Part shown: piece after piece, positions 40,954 through 53,200 of the stretch
Layout of the letters: every line of letters starts with the position of its first letter
Numbering within the stretch: the stretch's first letter is position 1
NCBI GenBank assembly: GCA_963778505.1
Contig: CAVZUH010000004.1
Coordinates: forward strand, 889,797-953,796
Length of the DNA stretch: 64,000 nucleotides
Source of the DNA: an uncultured Actinomycetota bacterium
GTDB lineage: Bacteria > Actinomycetota > UBA4738 > HRBIN12
Reading direction: 5' to 3'
The notes under the pieces: model-generated
The model's input: only the letters and a program-made list of their open reading frames with translations
Told to the model about the DNA's origin: nothing
The model's database searches: none
Program-made: the position numbers and the translations under genes

Positions 40954-42220
40954 GTGCGCGTCACGATCGTCAATCTCTTCTATCCCCCCGACCTCGCGCC
41001 GTCCGCTCATCTGGCCGCCTCGCTCGCTGACCACCGGGCGACCCTGGGTGACGACGTGACCGTCGTGTGCGGCACGGGCTCCTACCTCGGCGGTTCCGAG
41101 CGCGACGGGCCACCCTCCGAGGTTCCCGAAAGGCCGGGCGATCCGAGCGAACCACAGGTGATCCGGCTCTGGACGCCTTCGTTGGGGAAAGCAAGTGTGA
41201 CGCGACGAATGGGCGACTACGTCGCCTTCCTCGTCGGCGCCGTCGCTCGGCTCCTGATCCTCCCCAGGCAAGACGTCGTGATCGCGCTCACGAGCCCGCC
41301 GTACATCCTGGCCGCCGCCGTCGCGCACCGACTCCTGCATCCGCGGACGCGGGTGATCCTCTGGTCGCACGACGTGTACCCCGACGCCGCCGAGGCGTAC
41401 GGCACGATCCGTCCCGGGGGGATGTTGTCCCGAGCCCTCCGAGCGATGAAGCGGTGGCTGATGCGTCATGTGGACCACGTCGTGGCCGTCGATCCGGCGA
41501 TGCTTCGGCGCGTGCTGTCCGGCTACGCGCGCGACGGCGAACCCGAAGGATCCGTGATCCCCACGTGGGAGCCGGTGGCACTGTTCCCCCGAGACAACCG
41601 GCCCGTCCGGTGGGCCGCCTACGAGGAGCCCGACCTCGCGGGACGTTTCATCGTGCTCCACCTCGGCAACCTCGGCTTCGGCCACCGCACGGACACGATC
41701 GCGGAGGCTGCGGCGGCGCTCGCCGGCGAGGACGTGGCCTTCCTGTTCGTTGGCGGTGGCGCCCGATTCCCGGAGCTCGCGGACGAAGCCGAGCGGCGAC
41801 ACGTCGACAACGTTCGCTTCCGCGGTTACGTCCCCAGAGAGCAGACCCCCGCTGTCCTGGCGGGAGCCGGCTGCACACTCATCTCGCTGGACGACCGCTC
41901 GATCGGGATCATGAGTCCCTGCAAGATGAACGGCAGCCTGGCGATGGGCATCCCGGTGATCTACGCCGGGCCGACGGGCACCAACGTCGATCAGGCGATC
42001 AACGAGTACGCGTGCGGGTACTCGCTGCGCCAGGGAGACGTCGCAGGACTCGCCGACGCGATCCGTCGCCTTCGGGCCGATCCGGCTCTCTGCTGCGGAG
42101 TTGTCCAGGAACGCCCGGCGGGCGTTCGAAGAGAGCCATTGCGATGAACGCGCCCTGCCGAGGTTCGACGCGTTGCTCGAAAACCTCAGCGGCTCCGGGT
42201 CCCGATCCCCCTCGGGATAG
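40954..42220 (+). pseudogene. GT4-family glycosyltransferase, one frame break near 42085
   Basis: ORF 40954..42147 (MRVTIVNLFYPPDLAPSAH...) continues in a shifted frame (LSAAELSRNARRAFEESHCDERALPRFDALLENL) to TAG at 42218-42220. Confidence 0.8.
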
Positions 42221-42221
42221 G

Positions 42222-43082
42222 ATGCGTTCCGAGGAAGGGTGGAACGTGGAAGGCGAGTCGATCCGCGTGTTGCTGGTGGGTACCGGCGCTGATTTCGGCA
42301 CCGACCTCGAAGGCGAAGGCTTCGAGCTCGCGCGGATCACGGACCTCGCATCGCTCGGGCCGGGATCCGATCAGGATGCGGTGATCGTGGCACTCGATGA
42401 AGCCGGCCCACTCGAGACGCTCGAGACCCTCCGCTTCAAGACACCCGCCGCTGCCATCCTGGTCCTCACGACACCCGACCGTGAGGCTGACGGCGCCGTG
42501 GCCCTGCACGCCGGCGCCGAGGACCATCTCGTCCGCGGCTCGATCGCCGAGGGCCTGCTGCCGCGGGCGATCCGGTACGCCGTCGAACGGCGCCGGCTGC
42601 GACGTGAGCTCGCGACGGTTGACGAGCTCACGCGCCTGCCCAATCTCCGGGGCTTCGTCGCGATCGCCGAGCACCAGCTGCGGATGGCCGATCGAGCGGG
42701 AAGTCTCGTCGTCTTGCTCTTCCTCCGTTTCGACGATCACCGCGTGGCCCTGGCCAACGCAGAACCCAACACCGCGGACAGCTCGCCGTCGAGGCCGCCG
42801 AGGTGCTCATCAGCGCGATCCGCGACTCGGACCTTCCCGCGCGCATCGCCGAGGACACGTTCTGCGTGCTCTTGTCCGGCGAGGCGAGGGGTGCCGAGGT
42901 GGTCGTACTGTCGAGGCTCGTCGAGGCGATCGCGGTGCACGATGCGGAAAGACCCGAACCGCAACCTCTGGCCCTCTCGGTCGGCAGCGCCATCTACGAC
43001 CCGGCCCATCCCGGTCAGCCTGGAGGGCCTGCTCCGGACCGCCCAGGCCGAGATGCGACCGCACTCATCCGAGGGCCGATGA
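42222..43082 (+). pseudogene. REC-like plus degenerate GGDEF-domain protein, two compensating frame breaks (near 42778 and 43010)
   Basis: IRVLLVGTG...DAVIVALD lacks the usual DD acidic pocket. DELTRLPNLRGF opens the GGDEF domain. The signature reads RIAEDTF instead of RxGGDEF. The middle segment lies in the frame of ORF 42803..43411. An alternative GTG start at 42246 has a strong RBS. Confidence 0.6.
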
Positions 43083-43174
43083 CCTGCGAATACCTGGCGA
43101 GATCGTCATGTCCTCCAGGAAGGCGGCGGCCACGAGCGCAGTCGATGACGCTGGGAGGAACGCGGACCGAACCC

Positions 43175-43750
43175 ATGACCCCGGTTGAGCCGGCAGGGGC
43201 TGACGAAGACCTGCTCCGGCGCGTCGGCGCCGGGGACGAGCGGGCGTTCCGCGAGCTCTTCGCTCGGTACGCGGGCGTCGCGCATGCCCTCGCTTTCCGT
43301 TTGGTCAGACAAGCGCAGGTCTCGGAGGAGATCGTGCAGGAGGCGTTCCTCGCCTGTGGCGGAGCCCGGAGCGGTACGACCGGACCAGAGGTTCGGTCCG
43401 CGCCTGGCTGATGGGGACCGTCCACCACCGTGCCGTCGATGCGGTGCGGCGGGAGCAAGCCCAACGCCGCCGCGCCGATCAGGCGGCGGCGATGGGCGAA
43501 GGGGTCGGCGGAGGACCTCACGGACGAGGTGCTCTCGGCGATCGATCTCCCCCGGGAGCGCCGACTCGTCCGGAGGGCGCTCGCCGAGCTTCCGGACGAG
43601 CAACGTGACGTGATCCAGCAGATGTACTTCGAAGGGATGTCCCAGTCACAGATCGCCGAGCGGACCGGACTCCCGCTCGGCACGGTGAAGTCCCGAACGC
43701 TGCTCGGGATGCGACGGCTGCGCGCGCACCTCGGGGAGGCGACGCGATGA
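43175..43750 (+). pseudogene. ECF-type RNA polymerase sigma factor, two compensating frame breaks (near 43350 and 43505)
   Basis: Region 2: DERAFRELFARYAGVAHALAFRLV...EEIVQEAFLA / LWRSPERYD...RAWLMGTVHHRAVD. Region 4: LPDEQRDVIQQMYFEGMSQSQIAERTGLPLGTVKSRTLLGMRRLR. The start could also be 43145. Confidence 0.8.
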
Positions 43751-44487
43751 AACGAGACCATGCGCTGATCGACGAGCTGATGGCGATCCGGTCGCTCGAC
43801 GGCCTCGACGACGAGGATGCCACGCGCCTCGAGCGCGAGCTGGCTGACCACGGTGACTGCGACGAGTGCCGACGACTCGAAACACAGCACGCCGAGGTCG
43901 CCGGGATGTTGGCGTTCGCGCTCGATCCCCGGCACGTGGAGGAGGGTATGGCGGATCGCATCCTCGCCCAGCCACAGCGACCGAGCGCCGCCGCCGTCAC
44001 GCCTGTCGATGAGATCTCGGCGCGTCGAGACTCTCGCCTCGGTCTGTGGCAGGCGGCGTTCGGCGTGGCGGCGGCGGTCGCGCTCGTCCTCGCGATCGTG
44101 CTGGCCACGCGTCCCGATGACGGCCTCGCCGTGCCTTCGACGATCGTTCCCTTCGAGGGCGACTCGGGGGAGCTGGCCCTCGCCTACACACCCGGTGAGC
44201 GAGGTTTCCTCGTGTGGGGCTCGGGCCTCCCCGACCCGGGGCAGGGACGCGTCTACGAGCTGTGGCTGATCGAGGACGGCGACCCCGTCCGCGGTGCCTG
44301 CCTCGCGCCGACCGAGGGAGTCGTCGGCACCTACGTCGACGCCGATCTCGCATCCGCCGAGCTGATGGCAGTCACGGTCGAATCCAGCGACTGCCCGGAG
44401 GCGCCCACCAGCGACCCTGTCTTCACCGCCGACCTCGCCGGATCGGCCGATCCGCTGCAGGAGACCTCCGAAGCTCCTCAGGCGTAG
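43747..44487 (+). CDS. Anti-sigma factor, RskA (anti-sigma-K) type
   Basis: 246 aa. ATGA overlap with the sigma gene. One TM segment (AAFGVAAAVALVLAIVLA). Extracytoplasmic RskA-like domain (VYELWLIEDGDPVRGAC ... MAVTVE). Confidence 0.8.
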   Translation: MKRDHALIDELMAIRSLDGLDDEDATRLERELADHGDCDECRRLETQHAEVAGMLAFALDPRHVEEGMADRILAQPQRPSAAAVTPVDEISARRDSRLGLWQAAFGVAAAVALVLAIVLATRPDDGLAVPSTIVPFEGDSGELALAYTPGERGFLVWGSGLPDPGQGRVYELWLIEDGDPVRGACLAPTEGVVGTYVDADLASAELMAVTVESSDCPEAPTSDPVFTADLAGSADPLQETSEAPQA

Positions 44488-44496
44488 GCTTCCGCC

Positions 44497-46001
44497 GTGA
44501 CGGCGGACGAGGCGAGGTCCGACTCACCCACCGGTGCCGACCCGGGCGCCGATGCAGGGGGTAAGGCCGGGGAAGGCGCGATCGATACGCGCGCGGGGCT
44601 GGTCCGGGTCGAGAGCCTCGTGAGGCGGCTCCCGGTGAGCTGTTCTCCGTCCACCTCGATCAGGGACGCGGCCGGCGTGATGGCTCGGGAGCGGATCTCG
44701 TCCGTGCTGGTCCCGCACGCCGCCGGGACAGGCATCCTGACGGACCGCGACCTGCGGAGCCGCGTGGTCGCGCTCGGCCGCGACCCGGAGGGCCCGATCG
44801 CCGACGTGATGACGGCGACGGCGAGGACGATCCCCGGGTCGGCGATGGTCGGGGAAGCGATCCTCGCCATGCTGGAGGGCGGGTTCCACCACGTCCCAGT
44901 GACGGACACCTCGGGCGGGGTGATCGGAGTCATCACCGACACCGACGTGATCGGGCTGGGTCGCGACTCGCCCTTCCTCCTCAAGCGGGCGATCGAAGAC
45001 GCGCCGGACGCGACCAGCGCGATCGCCATCGCGCTCGAGCTCCCCCGGGTGGTCCGTTCGATGGTACGCGTCGGGGTCGACCCGGTGGACATCGGATACG
45101 CCGTGGCGCTCATGACGGACTCGCTCACCGTGCGGTTCGTCGATCTGGCGATGAACGAGCTCGGGAGTGCACCTCTCCCGTGGGCATGGCTCGCGCTCGG
45201 CAGTGAAGCGCGCCGCGAACAGGGGCTGCATTCGGATCAAGATCATGCGATCGCGTACGACCCGTCCGAGGGACGGGAGATCGATCCGTACTTCGCTTCG
45301 CTGGCCGGAATCGTGACTGCCAACCTGGAGGCTGCCGGGATCCCGAGGTGCCCGGGGAGGTCATGGCCACGGAACGTCCTCTCCGCCGGCCGCTGGATCA
45401 CTGGGTCCAGGCCTTCCGCGGTTGGATGAGCGATCTCGGCGTGGCGGGGAGTTTCCAAGCATCGATCGTGTTCGACTACCGCCGGGTCGCCGGCACGCTG
45501 GATGCGGAGACCGTCCTGGACGAGGTGCTCCAGGAGGCGCCTCGCCATACGGGGTTCGCAGCCCACCTCGCGCACCGTGCGCTCGACCTCCGACCGCCAC
45601 TCGGTGCGTTCGACCGGCTGGTGACCGAGCGCCGAGGCCCCTTCGCGGGGACGCTCGACATCAAGCTTCGCGGGCTGATGATCGTGACCGGGTTCGCGCG
45701 TGCGCTGACCATCGGCCGGGGGATCGTCGAGAGATCCACGATCAGCCGCCTCAGGAGGCTCCGAGATGACAGCGGCCTGGACGGGGCGTTACTGGGCGAC
45801 ATCGAGGAAGCCTTCCGCTTCCTCTGGGGTGTGCGCCTCCGGCACCAGGCAGACGCAGCGATCCGCGGAGCCGAGGCCGACGACCATATCGACCCTCGGC
45901 ACCTGGGGTCGGTCTCGCGACCGGCGCTCCGCGAAGCATTCCGCGTGATCGAGCGGGCCCAACGGGCTCTCGCGCTTGAGCTCGGCCTGTTCCCCCGATG
46001 A
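44497..46001 (+). pseudogene. CBS-pair plus DUF294 nucleotidyltransferase / substrate-binding domain protein, one frame break near 45352
   Basis: Tandem CBS domains (ISSVLV...GILTDRDL; HHVPVTD...GVITDTDV), then LALGSEARREQGLHSDQDHAI (nucleotidyltransferase). It continues in ORF 45348..46001. The break is at a GGGG run. Confidence 0.8.
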
Positions 46002-46010
46002 TGCCTGCCC

Positions 46011-48754
46011 CTATCGGCCCGTGAGTGCTTCGCGGAGCACCATCGGCAGGATGCCGCCGTGGCCGAAGATCGCCACCTCCGCCGCCTGATCGATCCGGAC
46101 CGTCACCGAGACCGCGTCCGTCGACCCGTCCTCGCGCGTGACCTGAACCGTCGCGTCCTGTCCCGGGCACGATCCCGATCTCAAGACCCAGGACCGAGAA
46201 GGTCTCCCGGCCCGTCAGGCCGTGGCTCGCCGCGGACTCCCCAGGCTTGTACTGCAGGGGCAGGATGCCCATCCCCACGAGGTTCTGTCGGTGGATCCGT
46301 CTCGAAGGATTCCGCGAGGACGAACTTCACTCCAAGGAGCGCCGGGCCCTTCGCGGCCCAGTCCCGCGACGAACCGCTCCCGTACTCCTTCCCCGCCAGG
46401 ACACCGAGCGGCGTGCCCGTCGTCCTGGTAGCGCATCGCGGCCTCGTAGACGCTGGTCACCTCGCCGCTCGGGAGGTGCGTCGTCCACGAGCCCTCCGTC
46501 TCCGGCGCGAGCTCGTTCCGAAGCCGGACGTTCGCGAAGGTCCCGCGCATCATCACCTCGTGGTTCCCGCGCCTGGCTCCGTACGAGTTGAAGTCACGCT
46601 GCTGGACACCGTGTTCGAGGAGGTATCGACCTGCGGGAGAGTCCGGACGGATCGCGCCCGCAGGTGAGATGTGATCGGTCGTGATGGAATCGCCGACCTT
46701 CACGAGGATCCGGGCGGCCTCGACACGTGTCCCCTCGACCTCGGCGTCGCCGACCGGGCCGCGAAGGCCTGTTCCGGGAAGAAGGGCGGTTCGCGGACGT
46801 ACGTGGAGTCGGGATCCCACTCGTACGCCGGCCCGGTCGGCGTCGGGAGCGCCGCCCACCGCTCGTCGCCCTCCCAGATCCTGCCGTACTGCTCGATGAA
46901 CTGGTCCTCGGAGATCGCGGTCGCGATCACCTCGGCCACCTCGTGCGGGCTCGGCCAGAGGTCGCGGAGGAACACGGGACCGTCGGCGCCCTCGCCGAGC
47001 GGCTCGGTCGTGGGATCGAGGTTGATCCTCCCGGCGAGGGCGTAGGCCACGACGAGCGGTGGCGACGCCAGGTAGCTCGCGCGGACCTGCGGGTGGATGC
47101 GGCCTTCGAAGTTCCGATTGCCGGACAGGACGGCGACGACGTTCAGCTTCTCGTCGTCGATCGCGCTTCGCCACGTCGTCGGGGAGCGGCCCGGAGTTCC
47201 CGATGCACGTCGTGCAGCCGAACCCCACGAGGTTGAACCCGAGCTTCTCCAGGTACGGCGTCAGCCCCGCACGGTCCAGGTAGTCGGTCACGACCCTGCG
47301 ACCCCGGCGCGAGCGAGGTCTTCACCCACGGCTTGGACTCCAGGCCCGCTTCGACGGCACGCTTGGCGAGCAACCCGGCACCGACCATCACCGACGGGTT
47401 GGACGTGTTGGTGCACGATGTGATCGCCGCGATCACGACGGAGCCGTGGCGCACGTCGCGTCCGTTGGGCGTTACGTCCTCGGTCCATTCCTTGCTCCTC
47501 GACACTCGCGTCGGGATTCCCTCCCTCGTCGAGGAATCGACCGACCTCCGTCGGCTTGGGATCGGGTTCGAGGTGCCGGTGGAACGCGTCGACGAACGAG
47601 TCCCACACGTTCGGGAGCGCCACGCGATCCTGCGGTCGGCGAGGACCTGCCATCGAGGGCTCGACCGCGGAGAGGTCCAGTTCCAGCGTCTCGGTGAAGG
47701 TCGGCGGCTCATCGGCGTCGGTCCGGAACAGCCCCTGCTCCTTCGTGTAGCGCTCCACCCGATCGATCAGCTCGTCCTCGGCCCGTGAACCGGAGGTACT
47801 CGAGCGTTCGCTCGTCGACGGGGAAGAAGGCCGACGTGGCACCGTACTCGGGGCACATGTTCGACAGGGTCGCTCGGTCCGCGATCGTGAGGGAGGAGAG
47901 ACCCGCTCCGTAGAACTCGACGAACCGGCCCACGACGCCGTGGGCGCGGAGCATCTGGGTGAGGGTGAGGACGAGATCCGTCGCGGTCGTGCCCGGCGGG
48001 AGCGCGCCCGGTCACCTGCACGCCGACGACGTCGGGCTGTGGGAGGAACGTGGGCTGACCCAGCATCGCGGCCTCGGCCTCGATCCCGCCGACGCCCCAC
48101 CCGAGGACACCGAGGCCGTTGATCATCGTGGTGTGCGAGTCCGTCCCCATCAGCGTGTCGGGGAAGGCCACACCGTCCCGCACGCTCACGACCTGCCCGA
48201 GATGCTCCAGGTTCACCTGGTGGCAGATGCCGGCGCCGGGAGGGACGACGCGGAGACCGTCGAACGCCTGCTGGGCCCAGCGGAGGAGCGCGTACCGCTC
48301 ACCGTTGCGCCGGTACTCCCATTCGATGTTGGCCTCGTACGCGTCCGGGGACCGGAAGAGGTCCACCTGGACCGAGTGGTCGATGATCAGGTCCACCGGC
48401 ACGAGCGGGTTCGACCGATGCCGGATCACCACCGGCCCGGGCCACCGCGCTCCGCATCGCGGCGAGGTCGACGACCGCGGGGACGCCGGTGAAGTCCTGC
48501 ATCAGGACCCGTCCCGGCATGAACGCCACGTCCCCCGCCGGTTCGGGCCAACGGGCGAGCGCTCGCACGTCGTCGTCCGCGACGTCCCGGGTGCCGGCGC
48601 GCCGGAGCAGGTTCTCGAGGAGGATCTTGACCGTGTGGGGAAGGCGGCTCACGTCGGCGGCCCCCGCCTCGATGAGCCACGGAAGCGAGTAGATGTCGAG
48701 GGTTCCGTCCGCGGTCTCCAGCCGCGTCCGGGCGCCGGCGAGTTCCGAAGTCAT
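46011..48754 (-). pseudogene. acnA: Aconitate hydratase A, at least 10 frame breaks
   Basis: ATG at 48754 (GGGAGGA upstream). Eleven consecutive segments in alternating frames give MTSELAG..., [108 protein letters not shown] and [10 protein letters not shown], ending ...LREALTGR. I saw no internal nonsense codon. Confidence 0.9.
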
Positions 48755-48840
48755 CAGACCGGTCCTCCCGTGGTGCGTCCCTTCCATACTCCCACGCAGC
48801 CGGACTCGGACCCCAGGCGGAGCTCGGAGACCGCTCGAGC

Positions 48841-49380
48841 TCAGGCTTCCGCGGACCTTGCCTGCTCGTCCTTCGCGGCCCGCGCGGCCTCGATCGCTTC
48901 CTTGTGCGCGATCCGGCGCTCTCGGCGGAGCTTCGCCTCCCGCTGTCGCCGGCGTTCCACGTCGGTCTCCGCGACCAGCGGAGGCACCGGACGAGGTCTC
49001 CCTTCCGTGGTCGACCGCGACGAAGACCAGGTACGCGCTGTTCACGTGACGGACCGTCCCCGGTGAGCGGATCCTGCGCCTCCACCCGGACGCCGCACTC
49101 CATCGAGGTCCTGCCGACGTCGTTCACGCACGCCTTCAGGACGACGACCTCTCCGATGTGGACGGGCTCGAGGAACGTCATCTCGTCGATCCCGACGGTG
49201 AGCGCGACGCCGCCCGAGTGTTTGATCGCGGCGAGAGCCGCCGCCGTGTCGACCAGGCGCATGATCGACGCCACCGTGGACGTTGCCGGCGACGTTCGCG
49301 TCCGTGACCTCCATCATCTGTGTGAGGGTCACCTTCGAGTCGGAGACGGTGCGCGGACCGACGATCGGACACGTGCGCAT
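48841..49380 (-). pseudogene. Acyl-CoA thioesterase (hotdog fold), three frame breaks
   Basis: VTLTQMMEVTDANVAGNVHGG / IMRLVDTAAALAAIKHSGGVALTVGIDEMTFLEPVHIGEVV... / RHVNSAYLVFVAVDH / EGRPRPVPPLV... are spread over four frames. Confidence 0.75.
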
Positions 49381-49429
49381 CCTACGCGGGCTCCCGGTAG
49401 GGGGCCGGAGCGCCGATACCATCGGACCG

Positions 49430-50224
49430 ATGCGGAGATGGGCGAGGCGTCGCCGTCGCGCTCGCGATGGCGGAGCGTGCGGCGGCCAGCCACCGGCGCC
49501 GCCGAGCCCCACACCGACGTCGCCGAGCCGAGCGCGACGACCGTCACCCAGCTCCCCGAACCGTCCCCAGTCCCGAGCCGCCGAGCCCCGATCCGGAGGG
49601 GGAGATGCCGATGACGTTCACCGACGACCTGCGATCCGCCCGACCTCCCCCCGGAGGACCTGGTCCCGACCGGCGCGGACGTGACCGGCGAGTGGTTCGC
49701 GTTCACCGACGACGGCGTGATGGTGCTGATCGCCTGGGTGGAGCCGGGCTCCGACTTCGCCCGCCTCGCCCGAGGCTTCGCCGTCTGGCGCCGTCACGCG
49801 TCATCGCCACACTGGCGCGTCGGTCTCGTCGAGCGACACGATCGCCGAGCGACGGGATCCAGGAGATCCAGATCATCGACGGCCGACCTGACGGGGACGG
49901 CTCGGATGACGCTCTCGTCTTCGAGGGCGTCGGCGGCTCCGGGGCGTGCGGCCGATGGCTCGTCATCGATCTCGCCCGCTGAAGGAGACGTACCGACGCG
50001 AGATCTGCGACGGTCGGATCGACCCCGGGCCGCCCGGTTCGCCCGGACTCGTGCTCACCGAATCGGTCTATCGGCAGGGCGACGCGCACTGCTGCCCGAG
50101 CGCGATGCGGGAGACCACACTGGCGTGGACCGGCACGGACGTGGCGGGTCACGAGCAGGACCACGATCGAGGCCTGACCCAGCTGCCCCGCCGATCGGCT
50201 CGGGCCGTAGGCCCTACGGCCTAG
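49430..50224 (+). pseudogene. Hypothetical secreted protein or lipoprotein (possibly LppP/LprE-like), several frame breaks; boundaries uncertain
   Basis: Coding-like pieces GEWFAFTDDGVMVLIAWVEPGSDFARLARGFAVW, DGIQEIQIIDGRPDGDGSDDALVFEGVGGSGACGRWLVIDL and ESVYRQGDAHCCPSAMRETTLAWTG lie in three plus frames. The family guess is weak. Confidence 0.3.
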
Positions 50225-50242
50225 GTCCCTTCGACCCTCCGA

Positions 50243-53200
50243 ATGACCAAGAGGAATCCCCCTGTCGGCACTGAACCCGCTCGCGAAGGCGTGCCGATAA
50301 CGAGCCCGGGAGACCGGACAGGGGGCTGGTTCGCGCACATGCTGACTGGGAACGGCCTGGCTCGAAGGGTTCACGTCGCGCTCATCGCGCTGCTCGTCGT
50401 CGGAGTGGCGGGTTCGTTCTGGATGAGCGTGCGAGCACGTGCGAACGCGCAGGAGCGCGCGGTCGAGCAGGCTCAGGTCATCGCGGACAGCTCGCTCACG
50501 CTCGTTTTCCGGCCCGATGACCTGCAGCACGAGGCATCGGCCGATCGGATCAGGGAGCTGTCCCGTTCGATCGACGACGTGGTGCTCGATCCCAGCGACT
50601 TCGACGACCGTGACCCTTTTCTCTGCGTCGGGCGAGATCCTCTTCTCGACCGAGGACGGCAACATCGGTCAGCACCTCGCTGGGGAGCGTCAGCGGATCA
50701 GAGCAGGCGTACCGAGGACAACCGCAGATCCGAGCTGATCGACGAGACGCCTTTCCGTGACTCGTCGGGCCTGCGATTCCCGTCGGGCGTCGGCAACACC
50801 GCCGCCGTCGAGCTGTCGCGCCCGGCGAACGACATCGCCGGCGCAGCGGGACCGTGGCGAACCAACATGTTCTTCCTCGGCGGAGCGCTCGCGCTCGTTC
50901 TGCTCGCCGCGGGTGCGCCCGATGCTCCGCGGAGCAGAGACGACGGATGCGGCGGAGTCCGGGCGGATCCGCGTGCCGGTGATCCCTGCGCGCCAGCCCA
51001 GCGCGCCCGGCAAGGAGGATCGAGGCACCGCGGCCGGGGATGAAGGAAGAGGCAGAGGCCCGCCGGCGCGCCGAGACCCGCGCACAGGAGGCCGAGCAGC
51101 GCGTGACGCTGTTGCAGGACCAGTACCGCGCGACCCTCGAAGAGCTGCAGTCGGCGCAACAGATCGTTGCGCGACCAGCCGGAAGGCGCGGATCGGGAGT
51201 TCGAGGAACGTGCGGTCAGAGCCGAGACTGCGATGAGTCGCTCGAGCAGCGGCTTCACAGTGTGACCGTGGAGCGGGACCGGATCGCCGGTGAGCTGCTC
51301 GCGAGACGGGACGCGATCGCAGGTCCCGGCCGGGAGGTCCTCAAGCAGAAGGAAGCCGAGGCGATCGACCTGCGGGCGGAACTCGAAGGCGCACAGTCCC
51401 AGCTCTCGATGACGATCCAGGAGCTCGGAGTCCCTCCAGCGACAGGCCGAGCGTTCGCGCTGAGCTACAGGAAGAGCTGGACGCCGCTCATCTCGAGTCG
51501 CTCCACGCCCGGGACGCCATGGAAGCGATGCAGGGAGAGCTCCGGAGCGCCCGCACTGAGCTGGACGACGTGCGAGACGAGTTGCGGGCGCTCCGGAGCG
51601 AGGAGCAGCGCGCCGCCGAGCTCACCGACGAGCTCCGCACCGCGAAGGCTGAACTCGTCAGCGCGCGAGCCTCGCACCAGGCAGAGCTCGTCGAGCGCGA
51701 GGCGGAGCTGGAGGAGCAGGTGCGCTCGGTCCGCGAGGATTTCCAAGCGCAGGTGGCCGAGGCAGAGACTCGTCATGGCGCGGAGCTCGCGGAGGCAGAG
51801 AAGAGGGTTCGTGGAACGGGTGGCAGCGGCCGCTCAGAACGCGGAGGAGGCGAGGGCTCGCGTGGCTGCCGCGGGCGCCGACCTCGAGGCCGCCAGGTCG
51901 GAGTCGGAGGCGAGAGCCGTCGACCTCGAAAGCGCGCGCGCGGAGCTGCAGGCTGCTCATGACCGGATCGAGGTCCTGCAACAGGGCTTGTCGGAGCGGC
52001 AGGGAGACTTCGACGACGCGGACCGAGGAGGTGCAGCGGGCGCAGGCGGACCGAGATGAGCTCGCCACCGAGCTCACGGAGACCCGTGACCGCGCTCGAG
52101 GAAACGAAGGCATGGCTTGCGAAGGAACGGTCCGAGCGAGAGAAGCTGGAGGCATCGAACTCCCAGACACGAGACGAGGCCCGGCGTGCCACCGAGCGGG
52201 CGGATCGCGTGGCGGAAGAGTTGGAGGCGGCGGCACAGGCGAACACCGAGATGAACCGCCGCCTCCAGGAGATCGAGTCGAGGCGCGCGCTGGAGGTCGC
52301 TGAGGATGAAGGTCGCGCGCACATGGATGAGCTGCTGACGACGACGCAGGAGCGACTCGCAGGACAGAGCGAGAAGTTGATGGCCGCCGAGGAGCGACTC
52401 CGCGACGCGGACCGTCAGGCCGCGATGGATTCGGAGCGGCTCGAGGAGCTCGAGGCGACAGCTCCGGCAGCATCAGATGGCCGAGCAGATGCGTGAGCTG
52501 CAGCCGCCGAAGCACGAGCATCATGAGGCGGATGACGCCGCTCCCGTCGAGGATCGGCGGGCTGTCGACACCGTTCCTCAAGGAGATGTCGATGGACGCG
52601 CAGAAGACGATCTCGCGGATGATGGGGGTCGCCCAGCTGCTCAAGCACAAGCACGGTGCCAAGGAACAGGCTCAGCTCGTCCAGCAACTCACGGCCAACG
52701 GTCGGCGCCTCGGCAACACGATCCGCGACCTCTCCGACATCGATTCGCTGGTCACCGGCACGATCTCCCTCGAGCTACGGAACACCGACCTCGAATCGCT
52801 GATCCGCCGTGTGCTGGAGGAATCTGGGATAGGAGAAGAACTGGACGTGCGGGTCGAGATCGAGCCGGTCTCGATCTCGGTCGATCGTATGAGGACCGAG
52901 CAGATCCTCCAGGGATTGCTGCGGAGCGCCGCCGATCGCACCCCCGCGGGCAAGACGATCACGGTGCGCCTCATCCGAGACAAGGGTGGGGCCCTGATCG
53001 TGGTGGAAGACGCGGAATCCTCCTCGGAGATCTCCCTCAGTCCTATGGTGCGGCGGCTCGCCGAGGTCCAGGGGGGCTGGGCGAAGGTCGCGCCCCGCGA
53101 AGGCGGAGGCGCGGCGTTCCAGGTCTTCCTGCCGGCGGGAGGGTCCGGCAGCACGCCCGCGCCGGAGTTGGAAGAAGAGGATCAGGTGTCGGAGGACGTC

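Noticed and set aside
43118-43143. GGAAG-N18-GTC upstream of the ECF sigma gene as a possible autoregulated ECF promoter.
   Set aside because: The match to the generic GGAAC-N16/17-CGTC pattern is loose, the spacing is at the edge of the usual range, and it lies inside or very near the preceding gene. It cannot be supported without TSS data.
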